Source of the DNA: Anthoceros angustus
Lineage: Eukaryota > Plantae > Anthocerotophyta
Reading direction: 5' to 3'
NCBI GenBank assembly: GCA_010909165.1
Contig: MU008151.1
Coordinates: 124,001-188,000 of the forward strand
DNA length: 64,000 nt
Both the position numbers and the translations under genes were made by a program. This document shows, piece after piece, positions 36,694 to 49,200 of the stretch. The notes under the pieces are model-generated. The model was not told where the DNA came from, did no database searches, and worked only from the letters and a program-made list of their open reading frames with translations. Every line of letters begins with the position of its first letter. Positions within the stretch are counted from its first letter, which is position 1.

Positions 36694-38886
36694 ATGACGG
36701 GCGCCAAGATGAATCCTCTCTGGTTGAAGAATGAAGCGGGTAGATTTCATGATACGACGATCACATCAAGGAAGATCGAGGTCCAGAAGATCGCAGCCAT
36801 CTTCAGCATGGTGCCCGCATCCATGAGGATAAATGATGTTGTGTTGGGATGCGACGAGCAGGGCTTGTCAAAAGTCACAGCGGGCCAGCTTCGTCGTGTG
36901 TTGACATATCCCAGAGATGGGAAACAAAGGATATCAGCAGCAATAGTGACTGGGGATTTCAGTGCAGAGAAGCCAAAGGAGGAGGAGGAAGACGTCGCCA
37001 ACTCTGAAACAAGTAGGTTTTCGTCTCCGCTGGAAGGTTTCTGCTGTTTGAAGTTTTGTGTGAAGTGTCTGAATTTGAGTCAGTAGCGGTAAGATCCTCG
37101 GCTTCCCACATCAAACCACTTCCAAGTTTGATGCAGGATATTTGACTGCATATCAGTTGTTGTCAATGAGTCTGCCGTATCTGCAGTATGTCCCCGATGA
37201 CATACGAAAGAATGAGTCAAAGAAAAATGTTGCTGTAAAGGGGAGAAGACCCAAGACTGTTTCCGTTTGGACATCCTTTTTTGATGACGTTGTTCATTTC
37301 TGTCAGGGTCTGAATGTAAAAAATGCCAGATTTGTGGAAACTCTTACAACAGACAGCCCCTCTATTCAGAGGCAGGAGGATGTCACGCTATCTCTAGCTG
37401 CACACGTATACAGCGCTGTTAACAATTGGGCCAGGGTGACGTTTCCAGAAACTCCAGTTCAGCTGAGGACAAATCATGGGGATTCACCATGTCTAGTGGA
37501 TCATTGTGGCGAGATAGGCAGCCACTTCTTGTTTCCTGTAGAGTGCGAAGGGGCATGGCAGTGCAACTTCAGGGACTCTAGGGATGAGCGAGCCAACTTG
37601 AATCTAATCTCAAGTTGGGGAGGTGAAAACGCCAGCCAGGTGATCAAGTATCTCTACACCTACATGCTTCTTTGTCAAAGACCCTTTGGAGTTCTGACCA
37701 CCTATGAGGAGACATGGTTTTTCTCAAGACTCCCTCCCACTGTCATACGCGAGGCTTTGAAGAAGAAGGGCGGGGGTGTGAAGGAATATCATGATGATGG
37801 ACAGCTATTTATATCTCCAGCTATCTTCTCAGAAGGTGCACGGCCAAGCGTGCGGCAGGCTTTTTCTTATTTTCTGCAGCTGGCCGCGTCGCTTCAGCAT
37901 GTGAAGCTTGTTGATGATTCTGAAGCAGCAGGGCAAAAGCAGGAATCAGCAGCCAGTACAGCAAGCAAAGAGGAACCTGCTGCCAACAATACAGCAAGCA
38001 AGCAGGAGCAACCTGCTCCTGATAAAGCAAATGAGCAGGCGCCAGCTGCTGATACAGCAACCGCAGACGTTCCCACTGAGGCTGTCAAGGACACGGCTCA
38101 GGACCCTCCAAAGGACACTGCTAAGGACCCTGCGAAGGACCCTCCAACAGACCCCAGCACGCCAGCACCACAGCCCAAAAAGGAGGGGGATTCTGGTGGA
38201 AGGAGGTATATGCAGTCTAAAAGAGGACGAGGAAAGCCCACCAGCGGAACTGTTCAAGAACCCAGCAAGCCATTGAGTACGTAGTGTGTGACGTTTACAG
38301 AGCATTTTGCGTTGTTGTGACCATCCACACGTCCCTCACCATGGTCTTTCTCACAGGTGTTTTGAAGGAATACAACCTGAGTGACTTCAAACTTGGCAGG
38401 CTGGTGATGTCCGGCCATGGAAAGACGGCCTTCCAAGCGGTCTGGGCCGGGCAACCCATCATGCTGAAACTTCTAGACAATTACAAGAACCCCGCATCCG
38501 AACAGATGGTGAGGCAGGAAGAAACCGTGTACAACCACCTGGCCAACGCTCAAGGTCGGTCTGTACCAAAGCTCGTGTGCTGTGGCCACATCGCTGGCGG
38601 GATGCTGTACTTCGTGGCCACAAGCTTCGAGGGACCCCTTCTAGCTAACATGAAACTCACTGCGCAAATAATCACATCAGCCTTCCAGAGCCTATCAGAA
38701 ATCCATGCCGCCGGCGTGCTGCATGGTGACGTGCATCTCGGACACATCGTGGTGAACAAGGAGGGTACGGCAGTGAAGTTCGTAGACTTCGGCTCGTCTT
38801 GCATCATGAAGCAATCAGAAGAACAGTTCCGGGACATGAAGGAGGAGGAAACGGTTCTGTACAAGATCTTCGAAGCTCTGTATTGA
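36694..38886 (+). CDS. Crinkler/CR-effector-like protein: N-terminal header, restriction-endonuclease-like domain, low-complexity linker and atypical kinase. Exons 36694(or 36709)-37012, 37137-38276, 38357-38886.
   Basis: Both introns are GT-AG and phase 1. REase-like motifs LPYL...RPKTVSVWTSFFDDV, FPVECEGAW and QVIKYLYTYMLLCQRPFGVLTTYEETWFFSR. Kinase motifs IMLKLLD, QEETVYNHL, VPKLV, HGDVHLGHI and FVDFG. Confidence 0.75.
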
Positions 38887-39505
38887 TGTTCTGCACGCAG
38901 AGTAGCGAGATTTACAACATCCCTGAGCATTTGAAGACCTAATCTTCATGAGAGCTTCGATTTGGCGAACGGATTGTCCTTCTCCAGGGTCATGTTCATG
39001 AAACTCGGACAGTCATCGATGTCAGCTGTAAATTCTATTTTTCTGTATTTGAAATCCAGGACACTTTGGTCCGCAGTGTCTCTCATGATTGGCTCATTCC
39101 CATATCAGGCCGGATTGGCGACATCAGTCTTGTTTGCTCGGCGCCCAGACCAAATCCACTCGGAGGTCGACGATGACAGATCCATGCGCTCGGAAATGAC
39201 TTCCTACCTGCCGAGCCGTAACGTCTGAGAGGAGCAGCCGAGCCTCCCTGCTCCAAGCCCTCCTTTGGCGCAGCAGGCGCGGCTCGCAGTGAATGCTCGC
39301 AGCCGACGATCGAAGCCTCTGCTGCTGCCTTTAAATCCACCCGCATTCCCACATCCTGCACTCAATCCATCTCGCTGCCTGTGCTGTTCTCTTCCCCGTC
39401 TCCTCCTGCTGCAACGTGCCTCATTGCAATCTCGCCTGGCCAGTGGATGGCCATCCAGGTCTGAGCGGCTCCATCTCCAGAATCCACTGCTCGGCCTGGG
39501 CCACC

Positions 39506-40220
39506 ATGAGGACCTCGTTCTCCACCCTGGCTGCCCTGGCATTCGGACTGCTCCTGGCAATCGCGGATGGATCCAGCATTGCAGCTTCGAATTCGGAGAA
39601 GGCCAGCAGCAGGAAGATGAGTCGAGGGTACAAGCTCCCGCCCCCTCCTCCTCCTCCTCCAGCTCCCCGGGAGGCCGCTGCGTCTGGGAATGCGGATCAG
39701 CAGGCGTTTTTGGTGCCGCACAACGCTGCCCGGGCCAAGAAATCGCTGCCTCCTCTGAGCTGGGACCCGGTGCTGGAGGACTACGCGCGCAAGTGGGGAA
39801 ACCACCAGCGGGACACGGACAACTGCAACCTGGTGCACTCGCATGGCCAGTACGGCGAGAATCTCTTCTGGGGCTATGGCGCCGCCTACACTGCGGGCGA
39901 TGCAGTGCGGTCGTGGACCGACGAGGAGAAGTACTACGACTACGCCACCAACAGCTGCCAGTCGGGCCACATGTGCGGACATTACACCCAGGTAATAGCT
40001 TCGACTTCCCACGCTCGCTCTCATCCTCGTTGAATTCATGGAAGCCTGCTTGAATTGTCATCCACATTCACCTGTTGCTTAACTGTTGGAGGGGCTGCAG
40101 GTGGTGTGGAAATCGACCACCAAGCTGGGATGTGCCATCGTCGACTGTAAAGATTCTTCGATCTTCATCATCTGCAGCTACAACCCACCAGGGAACTACA
40201 TAGGACAGAGGCCATATTGA
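39506..40220 (+). CDS. PR1: Pathogenesis-related PR-1 / CAP superfamily secreted protein with a Pro-rich N-terminal extension. Exons 39506-39991, 40101-40220.
   Basis: Signal peptide, [55 protein letters not shown] and [15 protein letters not shown]. Confidence 0.95.
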
Positions 40221-40828
40221 GTCCAGTGCCTCGGCATGGGGTATGAGAGGAGATCTGAGAAGCGTCGATTCTCGCTCCCGGCCTGCTCGCGTTGTGCACA
40301 AGTTTTCCCAATTCCAGGCAGAAATTTGAAAGGAGAGTTGTTGCTGCCACCCAGATTGTTAGAAGTTAGAGCCTTGTGATTTGTGTATATTTGGTTTTGG
40401 AATTGTGTCGGTCCTCGTCTCTTGCCCTGACGGCAAAGAGTGAAAGACGTCCGTCCAAGAGCCTGCAAGAAGTAGCTCAGTCTGGACTCTGGCCCTGCCT
40501 ATCTGCCAGCATTGATGCTTATGGTAAGCTCAGTGTGCCGGGACTCATCCTTGTACTAACCTCGCGACCATTCGGTGCTGTGCACTGTTTTTGTTTTGGT
40601 GAATTTGATGGCGTATTCACATTCCTGTACGCTGATTTGAGTTGTTGCCATGATGTATCCTCCCGTTGGTTCTTGATTTTTGAATAAACGAGCTTCCTGA
40701 ATATCAGTTCCTGCTTAGTCTAGGGCGTATGTTCCATGATCTGTGCGTTAACAGTTGCCGCGCAGAGACACAAAGCGTGTTGAATCGGAAACCAAAACAG
40801 TGGGACTCTTATGCTGGTGCTCCACTCA

Positions 40829-40992
40829 TGAAAGCCGGTTGCTTCGCACTTCCTATTCTGAAGAGGATTCTCACGGTCTCCGTCCATGAATGCTGTTGGG
40901 TCCTCAGAAGTGAAAGCCGGTTGCTTCACACTTGCTACTCTGAAGAGGATTCGCACGTTCTCCGTCCATGAATGCTGTTGGGTCTTCAGAAG
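40829..40992. repeat. 82-bp tandem duplication
   Basis: Two copies of tgaaagccggttgcttc...ctcagaag with a few substitutions. Confidence 0.9.
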
Positions 40993-41284
40993 TTCTCTTC
41001 CCGAGCAACTCCGAACGTATTCGAATGCGAGCAATCTTTCCTATTTCCTAGCGTAAAAAAATAAAATTTGTTAACGAAACTCTTATCATCTTCTAGCAAG
41101 CGCACCTATATATCAGAGCCCGATTTCAATCCTGGGATTTATGCAGTGTAACATAGGGAAAATTGAGTACAAATACTTACGTCTCAATTACAAAGATAGT
41201 AACTGTTGGAGATGAGAAAAAGGAGGAACAAGAAACAAAACATGAAGTGGAACCTATAAGGAGTCCAACAAAGCTTGCCGACGG

Positions 41285-41540
41285 TCAAAAAGCTGAGAGA
41301 GAGACAATAGGAATGTGAAAAAAGAAGAAAATGTGCAAGGAAAAAATAGCGCACTCGACAACAAGAGTGCAATGAGCCCGAATATCAGCATAGATAGAAC
41401 AATAGAAGATAAAATGCGATTCAGATTGAGGGTCCAAGGAGCATAGCTTGCAAATTCGTTCTTCTTTGAGGAGGCACATGCTCGAGCCATCGGTCAATTT
41501 CGATCCAAAGGTGATGGGGAACTAACACAGAATTGACTAA
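41285..41540 (-). mobile_element. Degenerate LINE ORF2 C-terminal (Cys/His) fragment
   Basis: Frameshifted HHLWIEIDRW / EERICKLCSLDPQSESHFIFYCSIYADIR matches the SHxLxIExGR...ERICxxC...ExxxHxxxxC end of non-LTR ORF2. Confidence 0.6.
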
Positions 41541-41648
41541 TGCGCCCCCGCCCTTTTCCTGCGCCACTTTGATCCCTTGCCCAAAGCTTGACCACTCTAA
41601 ATAATTCACCTTTCTACATACCTTCATCCCGACCTCTGTTCTATGGTA

Positions 41649-41816
41649 ACATCCTATAATTTTTAATGAAAATTTTTCGGTTATATCCTGAAACTTTTAA
41701 TGAAAATTTTTTCGGTTACATCCTATAGCTTTTAATGACAATTTTTTGGTTGCATCCTATAACTTTTAAAGGAATTTTGTCGTTACATGCTATAACTTTT
41801 AATGAAAATTTTTCAT
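41649..41816. repeat. AT-rich ~34-35-bp tandem repeat, 5 copies
   Basis: Unit acatcctataacttttaatgaaaatttttcggtt. Confidence 0.85.
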
Positions 41817-43233
41817 AGAGTCCTAGAGTGACGGGCCAGGCTGGTAACCTTGGGCGACCGATCGAAGTCCTGCACGAAAAAGACGGTATAGTCGATTATG
41901 TACAAAAGGCAAGTTGCAGATAGGCCAAATGATTCCACATTTATAGGAATGATGTTGTTAAACATCCTACGCTTAGATCGGTACTTAGATGGGCTACCTT
42001 AAGGGAATGGATGGCCTTGGTGCAAGTAGCTTAGGCACACCATGGTACAAGTTGTGAAGTACCAAGTCCCATAACAGGAACAATTCCATCCAAGTGTACT
42101 TTGATAGACTTCTTCTTCTTGTTCTACATTCAAAAGCTTTAGGATATAGAAATAGACAAAGATTACAACAAATAGATTCCTACAAATAAATGTAGTATTC
42201 AATATATTTCTTCTTTTTCTTCTACGTCCTAAAGCTTCTGATGAAAATCTTTCCAGCTTACAACCGTGGTGCGTTTTATAGATAAAAAGATTTTTTATTA
42301 CTTTAAATTTCATTCATCTTCTATGTTTCTCAAAAGAGGAATGATATGATATTATTTCTCAATAGGGGGATATCAAAATAAAAGATAGTATTCTATTATA
42401 TAAGTAGAATGTATAATAATATTAAGATATTTATTCATGATCATTTATACACTTGATTGCACTCTATTATGTAACAATGATGCATAATAGTTTTAGTTGA
42501 GTGTAACTTAACATGTAAAGTAAAATGGGATTCCAAAACACAATCTCCTTCTACCGCTCTCGCAATGCTCTTCGGGGTCCTCTAAATTAAGTGGAATATA
42601 GATAGCTAATTTATTCACTGTTATTTTAAAAAGCCTCTTTCTAACAAAATGTAGATACATAGGTGCATATCAACCTCATCATGTGCTATCATAATGATTC
42701 ATAAAGTTATGTCTTCCTCCCGACAAAGAAATTCATATAGTTTTGCCTTCCTACCGATAAAAAAATAATTTAAACATGAGTTGAATACATAACCAGAAAC
42801 ATCTACATATGATTCATAAAGTTCTACCTTCCCATCTACAAAGAAATAAATAAACACGAGTTTCAAACATGAGTAGAAATATCGAAATTTTGTTTGAACC
42901 TAACCAAATAAAAAACTAAGAGTTAGAAGACAAAGGCCTTTAAAACATGGCCCATAATCATGCACAACTAAGAGTTCAAAGACAAAGGCCTTTAGAACAA
43001 AGCCCATAATCATGCGCGAAGTGTATCACCAATGTATTTGAGATTAAATAAGTAAGAGTCACAAGACAAAGAAAATCTTAAACTTAAAAATGCAATAATC
43101 CATGAATATAATTGCCACAAATGCAATCTAGAAGACAAAGTATGGGCCTCCCCAGAATTGACCTCAGGGGCGACACTTATCCCACAGTCGTCTAGCACAA
43201 TAGGTTTCATCCCATGAGACTCTTGTCTAGCAA

Positions 43234-46200
43234 ATCATTAGCATTAGAGGCACAAGTTATTACCCACATATCCTTCGTCCCAAGTACCCTCAAAATTATG
43301 GCACCACATTAGCTCATTCCACTGGCAACAGCTACGCCACAATCGCGCTGTTATGTCTGATCTTCTCCCCAGCCTGCATCGAATGTCCCATAGTCGTAGG
43401 CCTTAGCCCTTCTACCACCCGTAAAAGGGATATAGGACTTTAGCCTATCGACATATCGGTGTGCCTACGCTCCCACAAAGTAACACAGCCTACCCCCTAC
43501 ACATGTAGACACAAAACCTACATAGGAGCGGATGAGGTTGACGTAGGAAGCCAGACCTATGTTAAAACCTACATAGGAAGTGGAACCTACGTACTTTCAC
43601 ACCTGATGATGCAAACAGTTTCCATGGACCTTCATCTCCGCAAGTACTTCCCCATCTCCGCAAGTGTGAAAGCAAACACATGTCGCGATGGGGAAGTACA
43701 CCAAGGGCAAACCACGGATGAACGAGTGTTCCGCAGGAGGCATGGGCTCAGCAAGGCAAGAAGAAAACGGCGAACAACCGGCTGGGGGGGAGAGTAGTCC
43801 AGATGACATGTTGGCCATGCGCATGAGGATGTTGAAGACAACCCTCCACTCATGAACAAGGTTCATACCCTCTGAACGACATTCCCGAAGAAGATTGGTT
43901 TTGTGCACAATGCACTACATGAGGTGCGTTCGTGTGTAGTCCTATTAATGATAATGTTTTGACTTGAAGTCTCACATTATCAGGGGAGGATCGGTTTGCA
44001 CCTATACTTGCATATTAGATTTGTTTTGCTTGGTTGTTCGTTGAGGAAGTACTTATATGAATTCAAATGCTTACCTCGTGCAACACCCTCCACCTCCTGC
44101 GTCCTCTCAGAGGCCCAGCAAAGCCCCCAGATTCATGCCATCCGCGATGGATGCCAGGACTCGCCTAACTTCTTCTACCGCAGTGGCGGGCGAACTCCCT
44201 TCAAATCCCGCCGAGAGCACGAGCATCCCCCAGCCTACCAGGGATTGACAGATTGTCCGACGGAGCAGGTCCGGATGAGGTACCCCAGCCTCAATCAAGA
44301 GGCCTAGGTCCTGCCTATCTGGTACCGGACCCTCCACCTTCTTGGCCCTTTTTGCGGCTAACTCTTTTTTCGCCCTCCAGCGTTTGGGGTCCGGTGGGGG
44401 TGATGGAGTTCGGGGAGGTGGCTCGCTTCCTCTCCGTGGGGAGAGCACCGGTCAGGTGCGTGCCGCCGCATGCCCTCATGCCCTGGGCCTACTCCTCCTC
44501 CTCCTCCTCCTCCACACACTCTTCGCTCACTGGCAAGGGTATCGATGTCGTAGTCTTGGTGGCCGCCTCGGATGCTGTCTTCTTCTTCCGGCCCTCCGTC
44601 TTGGTCTCGCGTGGTTCTACTGGGGCGGCCGGGGTTGGTCTCGTCACCACCGGAGCTGCTCCCATCGACACGACCTCTAGCCATGTCGACATAGCCCCTG
44701 GGGCCTACTCCTCCGGTGCCGCCACTAGCAATAGGGACGTTGGAATTTCTTCCCAAATTTTCCTTGAGGGGGAAGGGGTTCTTTGTAAGCGAATGGCATC
44801 CGGGATGCCCTCCCAATCCTCCTCCTCCTGAGTACGCCCAGTCTTGGGCTCCGCTGCAAGCCTGCTATCCAGGACCTGCTCCTCATCGTCCCTCCCTGCA
44901 ATCAGCAAGTGGGTCAGCCCCCGGCAGAGCGCGCACTCCTCCTCGCTCTCCTTCAAGAGGTTGTGGTGCCCCAGATAAGCAAGATAAAAGGGGACAGCGC
45001 CGCTGGAGGGGGCCGCTCGTTGCGAAGCTTGCGCGCCTCGTGTGCTATCTGGGCGAAAATGATCCACCCGCATTCCGCCTGCTTCCCCCTCATGAGGGCA
45101 TGCAGGAACACCAGCAGGTTGTCCCCCATGTGGTTTACCTTGGTAAGCATGTTCCAGTGGACGATGATCTCGGCCACTGCCCTCACCCGTCGGTCCTTCA
45201 GGTCCGACATCGACCACCCATTGGAGGACCTCTGGATACTGCTAATGCTTCATCCCCCAAGTACTTCGGCATTTGGATGAAGCTATATGGCTTCGTGTAT
45301 CCGGTCTTCAATTCCATTTCCGCACACACTGCACCGTACTTCTCGATGAAGTCCTCCAGTGGCAAGGTGCCCACTCGTCCCGTGAACAACTCCGTTCGAT
45401 CCTTGTCTCCTCTCATCTTGACGACTCCTAGAGACAAGTCCTCCTTGCTGTCGCTTTTGCTGAGTTGTCCCGGCAGCATCGACGTGTCTTGTGTGTTGCC
45501 ACTCATAGATCCTTCAAAGATTGTTGATTGAGTCGTTGGGTTCCTCTGCGTCCTTCGCTGGTACCAAAATTGAGATGTTCGTACTTCTCTCTCTTGGTCG
45601 GGACTTCGGATTCGCTCCGATGGACTGGCTAGTTGGTAGTTCCGTCCGGATCGAGTGTGTCCAGGCATGCACTCCAGGTGGTTAGTGGCTAAATCAAAAC
45701 CCCGCTTGCTTAGATTGTGATTAGTAAAACCTCTAAGTATCTAAGCGTGTCTACACTACTTACAAACACTCTTCCGTCCCACTATAAAGTAAGAGGTTGA
45801 GATGAGTGAGTTGGATAGCTCATGTGAAACATCCTCACAGTTAAGCACCCTTTGGGTGGATCGATACCTGGATGGGGTGCCAACTTATTTGAAGTGGGTG
45901 GATCAGTACCTGGATGGGGTGCCAACTACTTATTCGGAGTTTTGAACAGATAGCAAAAACAAACGGATTGGTAACCAATTGCTATCTTCTCCTCCCTTAT
46001 CCCTTGAAATCCGGTGCCCAAGAGTAAAATACTGTTGTTTCTCCCTTGGTTGGTTGGCCTTAAAAGGCCAAACCCCTGTGGAGGCCTCATTCCTCTCCTT
46101 GGACCAATTGCTATCTTCTCCTCCCTTATCCCTTGAAATCCGTGCCCAAGAGTAAAATACTGTTGTTTCTCCCTTGGTTGGTTGGCCTTAAAAGGCCAAA

Positions 46201-49200
46201 CCCCCTTGTGGAGGCCTCATTCCTCTCCTTGGACCAATTGCTATCTTCTCCTTCTTATCCCTTGAAATCCGGTGCCCAAGAGTAAAATACTGTTGTTTCT
46301 CCCTTGTTGGTTGGCCTTAAAAGGCCAAACCCCCTTGTGGAGGCCTCATTCCTCTCCTTGGACCAATTGCTATCTTCCTCCTTATCCCTTGAACCGTGCC
46401 CAAGAGTAAAATCGTTGTTTCTCCTTGGTTGGTTGGCCTTAAAAGGCCAAACCCCTGTGGAGGCCTCATTCCTCTCCTTGGACCAATTGCTATCTTCTCC
46501 CTTATCCCTTGAACCGTGCCCAAGAGTAAAATCGTTGTTTCTCCTTGGTTGGTTGGCCTTAAAAGGCCAAACCCCTGTGAGGCCTCATTCCTCCTTGGAC
46601 CAATTGCTATCTTCCTTCTTATCCCTTGAACCGTGCCCAAGAGTAACATTGTTTCTCCTTGTTGGTTGGCCTTAAAAGGCCAAACCCCTGGAGGCCTCAT
46701 TCCTCCTTGGACTTGGGCTTCTTCTCCTCCTCTCCTTGCCTACTTGCTTAAAGAGCTAGCATCGCCTAGCACGCCTAGCATCGCCTAACACACTAAGTCT
46801 AGCATGGCCTAGCATCGCCTAACACACTAAGCCCAGCACGCCTAGCACCTCCTCTCCTTGGTTGGTTGGCCTTAAAAGGCCAAACCCCTTGTGGAGGCCT
46901 CATTCCTCTCTAAATGGGACTTTTCCTAAATGATAATTGGGAACTCTATAAATGGGATTCCTCTCCTTGGACTTGGGCTTCTTCTCCTCCTCTCCTTGGA
47001 CCAATTGCTATCTTCCTCCCGACCTTCTCCTTCTTATCCCTTGAACCGTGCCCAAGAGTAAAATCATTGTTTCTCCTTGTTGGTTGGCCTTAAAGGCCAA
47101 ACCCCTTGGAGGCCTCATTCCTCCTTGGACCAATTGCTATCTTCTCCTCCTCCTCTCCTTGGTTGGTTGGCCTTAAAGGCCAAACCCCTTGGAGGCCTCA
47201 TTCCTCTCTAAATGGGATTCCTCTCCTTGGACTTGGGCTTCTTCTCCTTGGACCAATTGCTATCTTCTCCTCCTCTCCTTGGACCAATTGCTATCTTCCT
47301 CCCTTATCCCTTGAACCGTGCCCAAGAGTAAAATCATTGTTTCTCCTTGTTGGTTGGCCTTAAAGGCCAAACCCCTGGAGGCCTCATTCCTCCTTGGACC
47401 AATTGCTATCTTCTCCTCCTCCTCCTCCTCCTCTCCTTGGACTTGGGCTTCTTCTCCTTGGACCAATTGCTATCTTCCTCCCTTATCCCTTGAAATCCGT
47501 GCCCAAGAGTAAAATCGTTGTTTCTCCTTGTTGGTTGGCCTTAAAGGCCAAACCCCTGGAGGCCTCATTCCTCTCTAAATGGGATTCCTCTCCTTGGACT
47601 TGGGCTTCTTCTCCTCCTCCTCTCCTTGGTTGGTTGGCCTTAAAGGCCAAACCCCTTGGAGGCCTCATTCCTCTCTAAATGGGATTCCTCTCTAAATGGG
47701 ACTTTTCCTAAATGGGATTCCTCTCCTTGGTTGGTTGGCCTTAAAGGCCAAACCCCTTGTGGAGGCCTCATTCCTCCTTGGACCAATTGCTATCTTCTCC
47801 TCCTCTCCTTGGTTGGTTGGTTGGCCTTAAAGGCAAAACCCCGCTTGCTTAGATTGTGATTAGTAAAACCTCTAAGTATCTAAGCGTGTCTACACTACTT
47901 ACAAACACTCTTCCGTCCCACTATAAAGTAAGAGGTTGAGATGAGTGAGTTGGATAGCTCATGTGAAACATCCTCACAGTTAAGCACCCTTTGGGTGGAT
48001 CGATACCTGGATGGGGTGCCAACTTATTTGAAGTGGGTGGATCAGTACCTGGATGGGGTGCCAACTACTTATTCGGAGTTTTGAATGATAGCAAAACAAA
48101 CGGATTGGTAACCAATTGCTATCTTCTCCTCCCTTATCCCTTGAACCGTGCCCAAGAGTAAAATCATTGTTTCTCCTTGGTTGGTTGGCCTTAAAAGGCC
48201 AAACCCCTTGTGGAGGCCTCATTCCTCTCCTTGGACCAATTGCTATCTTCCTCCCTTATCCCTTGAACCGTGCCCAAGAGTAAAATCATTGTTTCTCCTT
48301 GGTTGGTTGGCCTTAAAAGGCCAAACCCCTGTGGAGGCCTCATTCCTCTCCTTGGACCAATTGCTATCTTCTCCTCCTTATCCCTTGAACCGTGCCCAAG
48401 AGTAAAATCATTGTTTCTCCTTGGTTGGTTGGCCTTAAAGGCCAAACCCCTGTGGAGGCCTCATTCCTCCTTGGACCAATTGCTATCTTCTCCTTCTTAT
48501 CCCTTGAAATCCGGTGCCCAAGAGTAAAATACTGTTGTTTCTCCCTTGTTGGTTGGCCTTAAAAGGCCAAACCCCCTTGTGGAGGCCTCATTCCTCTCCT
48601 TGGACTTGGGCTTCTTCTCCTCCTCTCCTTGCCTACTTGCTTAAAGAGCTAGCATCGCCTAGCACGGCCTAGCATCGTCTAGCACACGAAGTCTAGCATG
48701 GCCTAGCATCGCCTAACACACTAAGCCTAGCACGGCCTAGCATCGCCTAGCACACTAAGCCTAGCACGGCCTTGCATCGTCTAGCACGCCTATCTAGCGT
48801 ACACGAGATCATAGCCTATAATAATAGGAGAGAGTAGCTCGCATATCGTGGCACAAACACACTCTCCCCACGAGAACAACACGCAAATTCCTCACACATC
48901 GCTCTAGGAGTCATAGCTTTGGCCTCCTCACAACACTCTTCCATTGCATATCTAGAGGACAAGCTATGATATGAGCTCGTCCTCTGTGAAAGAGTCTATA
49001 TATACTAGCCCTTGGCATCGGCATATTCCAAAGATATCCTATTGGCGTCAGCATATGCTGGAAATATCCCAAGAATACACTATAATATACAAGGAATATG
49101 CTAAAGCATATTACTTGAACTTACCCACTTAGCTATTGTATCCTAAGAATACACTATAATATGCAAGGAATATGCCAAAGCATATTACTTGAGCTTATCC

